Source: Balanoglossus misakiensis (lineage: Eukaryota > Animalia > Hemichordata). From it: 64,000 nt of DNA. Below are positions 36,301-48,931 of this stretch, one piece after another; position 1 is the first letter of the stretch, and the number at the start of each line of letters is the position of its first letter. The notes under the pieces are model-generated. The model searched no databases. It worked only from the letters and a program-made list of their open reading frames with translations, and was not told the DNA's origin. Location of the stretch: positions 10,705,995 through 10,769,994 of the forward strand of contig CM082585.2 in NCBI GenBank assembly GCA_040954595.2. The letters run 5' to 3'. The translations under genes were made by a program, and so were the position numbers.

Positions 36301-37963
36301 CATTTTCACTTTCAGTTCTGTAGCTGGGAGAACCCTCACTTCTCGTCTGTGGTACTGAGCGAGTTGTTATGGCAAGTGGCCTACTCCTACAGTTATGAAC
36401 TTCGTCCGTATCTAGACTTGCTACTGCAGATGTTACTTCTGGAAGACTCCTGGCAAAATCACAGGATACACAATGCTCTCAAAGGTGAGTACTGTCTGTT
36501 CAAATTCCCAAGCCACATCTAATTTAGCCTTGACCAAACTGAGGGAGTGTACATCAAACTAGTTTTTGCAATTTCAGAATCCTCAATGTAAAAGCAGCAT
36601 ATGGACTCCTCTCCCTCAAACTTTAAAAGTTATTTTGCAGTGTATCAATTGTTGATGAGACTATATTTTGTCTTTGTAAAAGGTATTCCTGATGATCGGG
36701 AGGGTCTGTTCGACACAATCCAGCGCTCCAAGAACCACTACCAGAAGCGGGCGTACCAGTGTATCAAGTGTATGGTGGCGCTGTTCAGCAGCTGCCCAGC
36801 TGCCCACCAAATGTTGCAATCTCAGGGTGACCTCAAACGGAAATGGACCTGGGCTGTGGATTGGCTGGGAGACGAACTTGAACGGGTGAGTGTGCAGTCT
36901 TGGCAGTGGAGACACACATGCATATTCGTAGGCGTCCAGAGATGTATGTCGAAATGCATGCATAGAAGGTCCCTGCTTATGATAGAAAGTCAATCTTGCT
37001 GTGCAGGTACATTCGTGAGCTATAGAAATTCTCACATCAATGAGCTAGCATCAAACATAAAGGTACCACAAGACAGGTCCAAGGTCAGCATATGATATGC
37101 AATTTTCCCGTTGGTCATTTAGTGTGTTACAATGCTTACTTCCATATAAACTTACAACGTTTGTGATATCATCTTCTTCCAGAGACCCTACCCAAGTAAC
37201 ACGCAGTACACATACAACAACTGGTCACCCCCAGCCCAGTCAAATGAAACGGCCAATGGTTACTTCCTGGAAAGATCACACAGTGCTAGACTTACCCTAG
37301 CCAAGGCATGCGAACTCTGTCCAGAAGAGGTAAGGCAAAGTCTTGTATTTTCAGTCAGCCTGACTTGTATAGTCACTCACCATTGTAGCAATATGTGTAT
37401 ACATGACACTTAGACCATAGAAAATGCTTGAACATTCTCTGACTTACTGTGAATTTTCTGACAAAACTTTTCAGGAACCTGAGGACGTGGAAGTACCTGA
37501 AGATCAAGACGGATCACCGCAAGATGATAGTGTGACTCACTACCAGCAACCACCAGCGCAACATATACACCATGTTACGCCACAGAACAACCAGCAAAGG
37601 ATTACACCACAGGTGAGTGACAGCGCAACACTGTTGACTGACAACACACATGTGTAATGTACAACCAAACACTAATAGTACATATGCTTTGTATTGATGT
37701 GTCTGGCTTTGTCAAAGACTTACTTGGGAATCAATGTTATATCTGTGTTCTTTTTCTTGCAGAACAACCAGACGTTGCAAAACAACCAACACCCTCACAG
37801 TTACTCCCAGCAGCATGTAGCAAATTTACACAAACAGAACAATACAATAAACAATGCTATCAATAACCAATCCAGACAGCCTGTTCAGTCACCTGACGCA
37901 CCAGAACGGGAAACCACAGAGGACTCGGAAACCACACAGGTGCAGAAGAGTAACAAAGAATAG
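18394..37963 (+). CDS. USP9X: Ubiquitin carboxyl-terminal hydrolase USP9X/FAF (fat facets) orthologue, roughly 60 exons
   Basis: The start MTISMRGSP resembles vertebrate MTATTRGSP. Conserved segments include [29 protein letters not shown], Cys box [13 protein letters not shown] (~30616-30654), EQHDALEFF, His box [11 protein letters not shown] (~32739-32771), [15 protein letters not shown] and [25 protein letters not shown]. Stop TAG at 37961-37963. Confidence 0.97.
20149..20247 (+). ncRNA. Intronic box C/D snoRNA candidate in USP9X, target unknown
   Basis: Box C ATGATGA 20161-20167, D' CAGA 20191-20194, C' ATGATGA 20200-20206 and box D CTGA 20233-20236. A perfect 11-bp terminal stem (GTTTTCATGTT 20149-20159 / AACATGAAAAC 20237-20247) closes it. 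It lies on the sense strand of a host intron. Confidence 0.8.
20588..20650. mobile_element. Same MITE family, truncated copy (USP9X intron)
   Basis: TTGACCCTTTCACCCCCAGTTGCCTCTTTAGAGGTCCAACCTTTCCATGGAAAACAATAG, nearly identical to the left two-thirds of the 10328 copy. Confidence 0.75.
27693..27784. mobile_element. Same MITE family, degenerate copy (USP9X intron, upstream of cassette exon A)
   Basis: CCCCCATTTCCC..CAATGGAGTTGGACCAGTCCA..GTGAGAGGGGTTAA. Confidence 0.45.
27913..27972 (+). other. USP9X candidate cassette exon A (60 nt, [20 protein letters not shown])
   Basis: Polypyrimidine tract and CAG acceptor, GTACT donor, phase 0-0, open frame; near-duplicate of 28488-28547. Confidence 0.75.
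28488..28547 (+). other. USP9X candidate cassette exon B (60 nt, [20 protein letters not shown])
   Basis: TTCCTTTACAG acceptor, GTACT donor, phase 0-0, open frame; 17/20 aa identical to exon A. Confidence 0.75.
30940..31031. mobile_element. Same MITE family, degenerate copy (USP9X intron)
   Basis: CCCTTTCCACCC..GGTCC..AACAATGGAGGTGGACCGAACTATGTTGATGAAAGGGTTAA. Confidence 0.6.
35045..35081. repeat. (GATT)n-type microsatellite in USP9X intron
   Basis: Directly visible in the sequence. Confidence 0.8.
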
Positions 37964-38941
37964 AGTGAATATCGCTGGATATTGGAATAACCTGACCACC
38001 CCTCTCAGTAATTAGAATGACCCACCTTCAGAAAATGGGTCATGCTAAAAGTCATGTGATTGATGGTTTGGTTTCAACTCTTCACTCCAACTGTTTCCAT
38101 GTGGAAGCAGACGCGGATACGGGAATAAATGCTTCCGCCACTGGACTTTCCTGCATCCGGAGCAGTGTCGTTGAACCCGGAAATTGTGGTTGTGAGAGAC
38201 ATGTAAAATGAAGACATTTTGATAACGGAACAGTTGTCAGCTGGAATGTGCAGAGTGTAAGCAGTGAATCTGGCAGAGGGAAGGGAACTTGAGAAAGCAT
38301 ATGTTACTGGAAGATTTTGAGATGAAATAGTCATTATTTGCCAGGTTTCTGTATGCTCCTGGAAGATCCCGTAATTTGAAACCATTCCCTGGTAGTCCTG
38401 GAGAAATGAAATTTACTCCATCAAAGATCTGTAAAAATGAATAACCATGAGTTATGTCAAGTATTGATGATTGTACACAAATGTGACAAACATCCTTCAC
38501 AGTCACTCCTGGAAAAAAGCATTTTTGATCTCAAAATCTCCCAGGAAAATCCTTGGATTATCCTGACATTTTGAGTGACTTTGAGCATATTTGGCACCTA
38601 TGCATTTTCAGCGCGATTCCCCGAAAGTCATGTCACGCATGGCACACACTCACTATCTGCATGTGTAGTTTGTACTTAATTATTTAGGAAGGCCTATGAC
38701 TGAATTTAGTATGTACAGTAATATTGATGTCATTGAAGCAGTTGAATAGAGGTAGATATGGTGTATTGAGATTGATCTTTGATAGAAGTAATCAGCCCCC
38801 CAGATGTGGTTCATCTTTTGATCTTCTTCCACTAGGCTATTGAAAGGATTGGCTGCCTAAACAATGGACGATTAAATAACATTTCTTGTATTCGGGGAAC
38901 AAGTTAGCACTCTCACACTCGACTCTGTCCCTCCATTTTAT

Positions 38942-39030
38942 TGCTTTCACACACCCCCTTCATGTAATGGGAACAACCTACGCCATCGAAGGACAATAGT
39001 GTTGAGTCAAATTTTGGTAGTGAAGGGTCA
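38942..39030. mobile_element. Same MITE family, degenerate copy (downstream of USP9X stop)
   Basis: CTTTCAC..CAACCT..CCATCGAAGGACAATAGTGTTGAGTCAA..GGTAGTGAAGGGTCA. Confidence 0.45.
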
Positions 39031-39618
39031 CAAGTTAAAAGGAAGTACTGACCTTTTCACTTTGACCCCAGCCACACGATGTAGTCATGAGATGTCTGTC
39101 ATCTTTGATTGAATACTTACCAACTATTTTTGACAAGTCTAGAATCTACGGTGAGGAGCAATGGTTATATGAAATCGTCGAAGTCCATTGTACACAGTAC
39201 CCAATTATTCAACATGAATCCTGTGGTCAAGAAGCTAAATGTATATGTAATGTGTATCTGTCTATAGTGATGTGCTATCAGTTTCAAAAAGAGCATTGTA
39301 CATCAGACCCAGCCAAGGTCTAGTGGCAAACTGATTTTGTCCCACTGTATATACACGCAAAAAGACCAAATTTACTATTTAAATTATTTTTTTGTATTCA
39401 GTTTGTTGCTCTTGATCCGTCAAGAAAATTTACAGTTACCTTTTTTTTCTAATTCATATTGAATCTGTGACATGCAAATTTTACCTTTTTTAAAGAGTTA
39501 GGTGGACGAGTAATTTTGCTGTAGGCCCGATGGCCAGCTTGTCAGTTTTGCCTTTCAATGTTGAAATAAAGTAAATCAACAAGAGCATATGTGATGCAAG
39601 AATAGATATTTGGTCCAT

Positions 39619-39711
39619 ATAACCCTTTAACCCCCAGTTCCCTTGTTAGATGTCTGACCTTACCATAGAAAACAATGGGTTTGGACTGAACCATTGTAGT
39701 GAAAGGGTTAA
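39619..39711. mobile_element. Same MITE family, full copy (downstream of USP9X stop)
   Basis: ATAACCCTTTAACCCCCAGTTCC..ACCTTACCATAGAAAACAATGGGTTTGGAC..GTGAAAGGGTTAA. Confidence 0.8.
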
Positions 39712-41991
39712 AGGATTGGAGAACTCGTCTGTAGCATCATTTCTTGTCTAAAATGTGTTTCCAGTGATAGAACTTCAAAGGCTCAAGTATTTGACTCCTG
39801 AAGCTTGTTTCAAACTCAATTTTGCTCAACCCCACCCCTACCCCAAAGATCAGTGGTACTGTTGTTTTCTTTGGTATCTCTGCTTGGCAGGTTATATGAC
39901 TCTCGTCTCCTGGCTTCTTCGTCCAAAATGCCACAACTGCAATCCAGTGATATCAGTATGTGTTGAAAGATAAGAGATAACATTTTCATGAAAACACAAA
40001 CGACCATATGCAACACTGTGGCAATCATTGGACAAAGTGAAACTGAACCCAAGACTTACAAACTGAGAGATGGCTTCAGGAGATTTCTGAATGTGGGTCA
40101 GATTTTTTAAGTAGACCATAGCAGAGTTGTGTCATAACGATCTGAGTGAGATCTTTAGTATTCACCTGTATATACACACACGTTCTGTTGTCGGCCAAGA
40201 GACATTTCACTGATATTTTAGCGTATTTTATCAAGTAGTAGTGGGTATCCATAGTGACGCAACATTCAAGAAATGAAGCTAATGAACCAACACCATTGTA
40301 AAGAAGAAGAAAAATATTTACATAATGGAGGGATTGGGGAACATTGTTTTCATACATGTATGGTATGAAATGTATTATTGCTGTGTCTAACAGCATGTTG
40401 CTTGCAGTGTAGGGTAGATAGAATTGTTAGTGTGTTGAGTCAGTATGTTTAAATGTATGTTACTTAGATGTAAACACACAAGAAGCTGGTGCTGAGTTGT
40501 TATGGGGATATTCAGGTGTGTACAGTCAAGCCTCCATGGTGTCAAAACACTAGTGTTGTTCTGTCAAACTTTTCTCAAGTCAAGTGCTTAGCTTAGACCT
40601 AGGGGGTTGCACATTTTATGCCTGGATTTTCAAAACAAAAAAGAACATTTTGGCTGTTCTTCCCTTTTATACAGATCTGTAGGAAAAAAAATTGAGAATT
40701 TATATGTTGCTTTATGTTATATTTAATTGAGAGAAGATTCTGCGAAATGATAGTTTGTTTTAAACAAGCCATGTACACAAGGGTGAAATTTGAAAGTTGT
40801 TCAATGTGTTATACTGACTCTAAAAATCCTTATTCCAGTTGATTTTGTTTTGCTTTGTATTTTTTTAAACAGTGCAAAGCATGCATCTGTACTCTTAAAC
40901 CAGGCAGAACTCTTTTGAGTAATGACTGTGCATTTTGTACATTATTTATTTCTGGTCGTGGTGTTGCGCTTGCCTTCTGTCCGAAGATGACCCCAACACA
41001 CGGCCAGTTTTGTTACTGTGTGAAGTTAGTTACTATGGTGAGGAGTCAAGGTTACTGTGGCAATATAACCATTGCCATACCAATGAAACTGTACAAAAAT
41101 CCACATATATTTGTCTTTCATAGCTGTTCATGGTGTATTTGTTGGGAAGCAAGCTGTTAACACAATAGACAAAATCGGTTCAATGTGAAATTTGACAGTT
41201 AAAAAAACTGTCCCTTTGCACACAGCTGTCTCATTCATTTTCTATTGGTGTAAAGACAACTGCTTATATAGTAGGTGTTTCAAAAGTACATATAAGACAA
41301 CAATTTAATGTGTTTATGTGGAATGTGTACAGTCCTTTGTATATTTGGCCCTGCAAAGTACCTACACAGCTTTGCTAGACAAAAATAAAAACAAAGGTGT
41401 TGACCGAAAAACCAAAAGATACTTGTATCATCCATAGGAAATAAATTTGCAATAATTATCAAAAGCACAAAGCACGAGTGATCTTGTTTTACTTGGTTCC
41501 CTGGTTTTTTTAATCCTATGAACCCTGACCTACTGATGACCTTTGACATCAAAGCGCAGCTGAAGAAGCAGAAGAGTCTGGGTAACCGAGACAAGGTTGT
41601 CAAATCATTGATTGGAATCCCGACCTCTTGGTGCCCTGTGACATAAGAAGTCATTGAATTGAGTTCAGAGATAAAAACAGAATAAACACACACAGTTTGA
41701 ATTGAATAGTAGTTTATTTTTCCGTGAGAACAAGTTCTTTTGTGACTTGCTTTCCCAGTAAAAAAAATCTTCCATGGCTGCCATATTGAAAAAAACAAGT
41801 ACTGCATAATCTTTGTCGAAGAGGGCGCTTGTACAAAACTGAACCAGGAGTGCATGTGTGCGTCGTCGACTGTTATTGTCAGTGCAGTTTTCGTCGATGT
41901 TGAACGCTATCTCACCACACAAACAGCGATGAGGGGATGCCCCAATAAACAACCCTTGCCTGGTGAGTATTTCTTTTCAGAAAACGCATTA

Positions 41992-43834
41992 TTAGTCACA
42001 GTTTAGGTTCCTAAAACCAGGCAGTGTCACTCGTCCCCTTTCCAGTATGTCCTGTTCGTTTCCAACGTTCACGAGCCGGATGACATTTTTCTCAAATTCC
42101 ACCGGATGCCAGCGACCCCACGAACATCTCTTGTCGTAGTAGTGACACATAAGCGTAGAATTGCCAGGAACGATGTATCCGTAGACATCAACAGTGTCGC
42201 ACAGCCCTTGCATCAACATAATACCTACGAAACAAGCATGAAAGAGACATCTTTCAATGGATACAAATTATCGTCTGCTGTAGTGCTGGTAACAAATTGT
42301 CGTCTGCTGGTAGCTTCCGTTCATAAACGTTTACTGATTACACACTGTAAATAAATGAGCGGATAATTTTCTATAGTTCTATATTTGACATCCGCTGTAA
42401 AAACTTACCTATCACGCCTGAACTAGGGACTGTCTTACGCAAAGTCACATTCTTGGCGTTTTCCTGCATGATATCCCAAGTTCGCCATATTTGTGTGGGT
42501 TCCAGGACGTAGATGTGGTCCCATCGTCTGCTCTGCCTCCTCTTAGAGTATTTGTCGAAGAAAGCCTTGGCATCGCCGTACGCGGTGTAAAACTGAGAAG
42601 AAAATTTGAGGGAGAAAGTTGAAACTCGACTGATCTGAGTTCTAAACCACCTGTTGTACACGCAGCAATTGTATATACATTGTATATATAGCAGTACTTA
42701 CCCGATAGAGATTTCCGTTGTAAGGTCCCGATTTCCAAATTACAAGTGTTACATTTCGATAAATGTCACTCTTTTCGAATGCGTTGTCGTTGCCGAATAC
42801 CTTCGTATTCAGAAGACGTATAGTGGTTTTGGACCCGACGTCCGCCTCATATCCCCGCGTGGGGGCGTCATTGTACCTCAGGACGGCGTCATGTGCATCT
42901 GTATCAAAGAGGGGGGGGGGGGATAAAATGGGGCTTGATTATAATTATTCAATGGTCGTTTGAGAAATGGTCAAGGACATGGTCAATCATCTAAAGTGAC
43001 CAAAGAACCACAGTTCTACACACGATAGATCGTGTCGATAATTAAAAAAAACACGTTATCGACACGATCATCGCAACCCACTATTTTTACCACTTTGACG
43101 ATTTCTTTCTATTTTCCGCAATTTGTACCTATTTCTTGTCCGAGTTTCGATCCATTCAGGAAAGCCGCACTGGCCACCACTGCGCAGGACTTGAGTTTAT
43201 CACCGTACAACTCAGAGATGTGCTCCTCAGGGAATAGATGATCAATTCCCATGTGACGAAACGGCTGGGTACGTTGACTCAAAGTGTCGTAGAGGGCGCG
43301 TTTCTTGAAGTCACACAGAATCTCATGAGGCAGTCGCGGTTTGTCGTGAATCTCACCCGTGAAATGAACGCCAAACGGATTGTTCAAAGTCAACAAATGG
43401 TAGTTGTCAAACTGTTTATCATATTCCTTCACAGGATTGTGCAAATTAAAATAGTTCCCGTCATCACTGCTTCCCAGCAAATTCGTCTCAGGGACAGATT
43501 CTGAGCTGTTCCTTTTCCGCCTGGAGGAATAATTCCGAAACGCAAACACTAAACTCTCAATCGCTTTTCGGATTTCAGCATCATCAAAATCCATCTTTCC
43601 GTTTTGCAAATCAGAAACCCAATCCTCTGGTTTGTGGCTCTCTAAAATGTCTCTGACACGCAACAATAATTGTCGTTTGTCGTCAGAAAGACTCTGACAG
43701 TGTTCGCCGCTGTCGTCGTCTGATAGCAAGATGACGTAGAGCGGTAATAACGAGAACATCACCAAGACAACGGTGAGAAAACGTAAATGCAGATTGTTCT
43801 TCGATTCTTCTCGTCGTCTGTACGAAAATGCCAT
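41992..43834 (-). CDS. Beta-galactoside alpha-2,6-sialyltransferase-like (GT29, ST6Gal family), copy A, 439 aa
   Basis: Exons 43834-43129, 42898-42702, 42592-42409 and 42224-41992 sum to 1320 nt in frame. N-terminal TM helix; sialylmotif L [79 protein letters not shown]. Confidence 0.9.
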
Positions 43835-45914
43835 TTTTACAACTGTGGAAGCTTATCTGGCAGGGTATACCACAAGACTATTTTAAGATTTTCTAAAGAA
43901 ATGAAAACATATTCATTATTTTAGTTCTAAACTAAATGTGTGGAGTGACCACTGCACTTATATTGATCATCAGCATTAAAAAAAAAACACTTGTCATCTT
44001 ATGCAACATATATTTGTCTAAACCAATATAATGAGTAAACTATCTAGCTATTGCTGCCCAGATATGACTGAACTTAGAAAATACTAGTATATATCAACAA
44101 ACTTTTTTAAAGTCCAAACTCAAAGTCATCAAACTTTATCGGACTTCGACTGTATTTTTCAATGACACACACACAAAAAACTAAAACCGGCCAAAGTCGA
44201 CACCATAGTGTCTATTTATATGCTATATCGTACATATCGTACAATCATTGAACAACTACAAGCCAAACTGCAATAACTGGTCATGTTTATCGAAAATTGG
44301 CCTTCCACTGATCGACTTGCTTGTGGTCTCTAAGAGGTCAACGAAACTTGGGCACTGAGTAATCGTCACGAGATGAACCAACAAAGCCAATCCATAGACT
44401 CTGAGGTCTATGCGGGCCAATCTGATACATTTTTGCTGTACTGTTTATTTAATAAACTGAAATAAAAGTTTGTAGGTCAAGTGAAGAGAATTCTCACAAT
44501 GAGTTGATTATAATTACCAAGCATGTAAGCATGTACGGATACTGTACAAATAACATTACGAATGACAAAATATGCTACTCACATAGAGGTACAATCTTTT
44601 CACCTTCACAGCAGCTCGGCCATATCGCGTTGCCAGGTCCACGGTCTGATTTGACCCTGGTCTATCGGGTTCCTGAATGATTTTTATCTGTACACCACCA
44701 TGGGATGTCTGTGACGAATGAAATCTGACTGAAACGCGATCCGCGAGTCCTGTTCCGTGTTATATTTGTGACGCAGGTTTCTGCATATAAGGTACAAACC
44801 ACATGGTTTTCTCAAGAGGGGGTCGGTCACTCGACAGATTAACTAGTTTCATTCTATACGCAAAACGCAGATATATATACTAATGTCTTAAATCCGATGT
44901 TTAAATCTTCTGTGGCAGTAAATTGATGTATGTGTACTTATAACTAAATTACTAAGCAAATAAATAATTTTTCAATGTTTACGAACGTTGGAAAAATTGC
45001 TAATGAACAAAAATGATCGATTTGCATCGGTCGCATTGGCAGAGCCTCTGTTGTGGGTGTATAGACAAGTTTTAAACAAAACTCGACAATATTTTTTCCA
45101 AACTGGTCTTCCTTCTTTATAGAATGCAAATATTCCATCTCCATAAACAGCATTTGGTTTTTCCCTCACTAGGGCTTCGTTGACACGGCTTGTCAATGAT
45201 TAACTTCACTTCAGGAGAGATCTGCCTTGTGTGGTTAAAGTCCAATCGCTGTTCACACAGCTATATTTCACCACTGCCGTAGAGGGCGTAAAGCAAGGAC
45301 ACACACAGAAATGTACACTGAAACAGCCAATTGCGGTTGTAAAATGTTTTATTCTTCCCTATTGAAAGAGGATCAACTCTTTAAAGAACATGTATCACAC
45401 ACACATCAAATTTTGTCATATGGACATGAACATACGAACAAACTATACATAAGTAACATACAATCCCTCAGGATTTTGGCATGAAGGCCATGTATGTCCT
45501 TTAAATATTAATGTCATGTCTTTTTCCGTCCACTGAAAAAAAAAACTAGAGTTTTAGCCCCATCTCATTACATGTACATATACTTGTAAATGACAGTTTC
45601 TAGCCCTGAGTGTAAGTTTTGGCATCAGACAAGTGCCATGCGACAATACATTGGCACAGAGGGTGTAAAAATCATACATTATACAGTCCACAATATGTGG
45701 AATATGAATATTTACTCTCTTCATAATAATGATTTTATGACCTCTGCTCTTCAACATGAAGATTTCAGACTGTTTTGCAATGGTAGACCGCAGTCAGATA
45801 GTTCTATCTGCATATATTTGCATATTAATATTATGTATTTTAAAAATATATATCACTGTTTATGTGAAGTCACCAAAAATGTGGAATTCAATAGAATTCT
45901 TGGGTGATTGAGTA

Positions 45915-48900
45915 TCAATGCCTGCGAATAGAAGAGCGTCCTCGAACCACGCGTGCACGTGCAGGTTGTGCAGGGGCTGGCGGCTTTTTGCGATTGTCGC
46001 AATCAGCGCCGCGGAAACCCTGAAGTGTTACACGTCCGTGATTCCGGATGTCTGCTTCTGTTCCCGTGTGCATGGCACGGCACATGTTGCGTTCCTCCTC
46101 GATCGGATGCCAGGCTGCTGAGGAACAATGCAGCTTCCCTTTGCTGTTGGTCACTTCGGATAACTTGTCGTAGTAGTGGCAAATATTCTTGGAGGGCGTC
46201 ACGTAGCCGTAAACGTTGACCGTGCCGCAGAGCTGAAGCATAGCCATAACACCTGAAACACACAACAAAAACCATAAAATAATGAAACCAGTGTTAAAGT
46301 AGTGTGTACCTCAAAAATCAAAGTCTTACCTAGCTTTCAGCCCAGGCTGTAGGCCACTGTCATGACCCCAATATGACCTTACATCTTTGTTCTTTTCTTG
46401 CATATATTATGCAAATTTCAACATTTTCATGCATGAAAAGTGAAAACTTTACTTTAAAGTAAGTTAAAATTGCAATGCTGTACAGAATTCAGTTAATATG
46501 GTTTGCTAAATTAAAGAGTTTTGAATCAAAATAGTGGATTCACACTAATGAAAATGCCAGTAGCATGAAGGGGTCATGAAAGAGGTCATGAAGGGGTCAT
46601 GAAGGGGTCAAGAAAGAGGCCTGTAGGCTGTAGCATGCACATGTTCTTGCAATACAATGACTATAAAGGCGGAAGGTCAGTATTGCATGTAGAATTCCCA
46701 TGCGACAGACAACTTACCAACAAAACCTGATGAGACGGATGTTTTCTTGACACTTTTGGGTGAATTTTCCTGGATTACATCCCAAGATCGCCACAGCGGA
46801 TTGGGGTTAATGAGGTAGATATTTGTGTGGGGATGTGTCAGTCGCCACTTGATGTATTTGTAGAAGTATCTTTTACCACTCTTACTGTCATAATACTGTA
46901 TAGAAAGACAAAACATACTTAACTCAATTACCAGATCTGAGTAAAAAGGTTCTCTAACCCTTTCACCCCCATTTCCATGGTAGAGTTCCAACTTTTCCAT
47001 GGATAACAATGGATGTGGATCAAACCATGGTGGTGAATGGGTCAAAGTCATTAGGTGGTGCAAAAATCACACATTTAAATGTTACATGGTTGGATTTCCT
47101 GGCTGCCACAAGCCTATATCCTCAGGAAGGTATACTATACATTATTATACTGTCTCTTTATGTTTTATTGAAGCACAGTGGATGGACTGAGATTGGGGTT
47201 AAAGCAACAGTTGGTGGCAAAGCAGAGGGTCTGTGATTGAAGATAATTCACTGGAGGGCAGCACAGAAGTCACAACGGTAGGTGGAAGAGTGTAGAAGTT
47301 ACACTAGTTGTGTGGACTGGAGTTGACACACCTTGCAGAGAGGGTAGAGCTTCTTAACGCTTACTGTGTAAAATTCATTTCAATAAAAAAATCATCTGAT
47401 AATGGCGGATAATTTACTCACCCGATAAAGATTGCCATTATAAGGTCCAGCACGCCAGATTAAAAGAGTACTGTCTTTAAACAAACCCTCTGTGTCATTC
47501 ACCAGGTAATCTCCCTCCAGAATCTGAGAATTCAACAAACGAAACGTTGTCTTCTTGCCTACATCAGTCTCGTGGCCTCGAACTGGAGCGTTGTTGAATC
47601 GTAGAACTGCGTCGTGGGAATCTTGTGGAAAATAGAAATTAGAAAAGATGAAAAGGATGTTGGGAACTAGGAGTGGAAAACTGGAAGTCATCAAACCTCT
47701 GGCTAATAGCTCTTCAAGGTACTGTAACAGGATACATTGTTTGAATACTAATATCTGTTATGTTAACCCTTTCACCACCATGGTTTGGTCCAAACCCATT
47801 GTTTTCTATGGTAAATTTGGACCTCTATAGCGAGAACTGGAGGTGAAAGGGTTAAACCTGGAAATGGTTGTATGACTACTATACAACGCGTATATAATGT
47901 TTACCCTTGTTTGGGTCTGAGTATACACAGGTCAGTGTAGCCAGGTAGCTCTCACTTTGAAAGTGAAAGCCAGGTAGCTCTCACTTTGAAAGTGAAAGCC
48001 AGGTAGCTCTCACTTTGAAAGTGAAAGCCAGGTAGCTCTCACTTTGAAAGTGAAAGCCAGGTAGCTCTCACTTTGAAAGTGAAAGCCAGGTAGCTCTCAC
48101 TTTGAAAGTGAAAGCCAGGTAGCTTTCACTTTGAAAGTGAAAGCCAGGTAGCTCTCACTTTGAAAGTGAAAGCCAGGTAGCTTTCACTTTCTTTGGAGAC
48201 ATCCCTCCATTGACTGTTGACATATTGAGAACTCTCTTACCTATTTCTCTGCCAAGCTTGGAATTATTCATGTAGCTTGCACTTGACACAACAGCGCAGC
48301 GGTTAAGTCGGTCCCCGTAAAGTTCGTTTAAATTCAACGATGGGAAATACTGCCCCAGTCCAAGTTCTGCATATGGATGCGTCCTGTTCACAATCACATC
48401 AAAAGCTGCTTTCTCCTTGAATGTGCACAATAAGTCCAATCCAGTCAAACGATTACTTGTCCGTCTAACCCCTCGATAAGCTATTCCGTTTGAATTTCCT
48501 TTTCTACCTATCAATCGATTGTCAAATTTTTTATCATACTGTGTCACTACTTTGCGTAAATCAGGGTCTTTGAGATTTGGAAGACTGAATGAAATATTTA
48601 CAGGATAATCAGATGTGTTTATGATAGTTGTTACATTAAAAAGTCCATCAAAGGTGGTTGTAGATTCCCTTCTAGGTTCCAACATCTTGGATCCAACTGC
48701 CCACCAATTTTCCACCGTCTCCGACACTTTCTGTTTGACTTTTCCGAAAAAGTTTGAATAATGAGGAGAGTGCGATGAGTTGGTGTGGTTAGAGCTCAGT
48801 GGGATTGTCGTGGGGTAATGATACAGGTGACCGTTAAATGTTAGCATGTAGTAGATTGGACCCAAGCAGCACGTGCAGAATACCACAAACGTGAAGTACT

Positions 48901-48931
48901 GCTTTTGAAGACGAGAAGTACTTGACTTCAT
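45915..48931 (-). CDS. Beta-galactoside alpha-2,6-sialyltransferase-like (GT29, ST6Gal family), copy B, 468 aa
   Basis: Exons 48931-48241, 47621-47422, 46895-46718 and 46252-45915 sum to 1407 nt in frame. TM helix; motif [47 protein letters not shown]; [24 protein letters not shown]; HYYD; HPIEEER. Same intron positions and phases as copy A. Confidence 0.9.
46565..46620. repeat. 11-12 bp tandem repeat, about 5 copies
   Basis: ATGAAGGGGTC and ATGAAAGAGGTC units. Confidence 0.8.
46954..47045. mobile_element. Same MITE family (ST6Gal copy B intron 2)
   Basis: CTAACCCTTTCACCCCC..AACAATGG..AACCATGGTGGTGAATGGGTCAA. Confidence 0.75.
47763..47855. mobile_element. piggyBac-type MITE, full copy in opposite orientation (ST6Gal copy B intron 1)
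   Basis: TTAACCCTTTCACC...GGTGAAAGGGTTAA, 93 bp; the interior is the reverse complement of the 10328 copy. Confidence 0.85.
47940..48190. repeat. 29-bp tandem minisatellite, about 8.6 copies
   Basis: Unit GCCAGGTAGCT(C/T)TCACTTTGAAAGTGAAA, head-to-tail with no spacers, in intron 1 of ST6Gal copy B. Confidence 0.97.

Noticed and set aside
41280-41855. 191-aa minus-strand ORF
   Set aside because: No recognisable domain; AT-rich with UTR-like composition between the convergent USP9X and ST6Gal 3' ends.
47940-48190. CRISPR array (29-bp palindromic repeats)
   Set aside because: The units are contiguous with no unique spacers, there are no cas genes, and the context is a eukaryotic intron.
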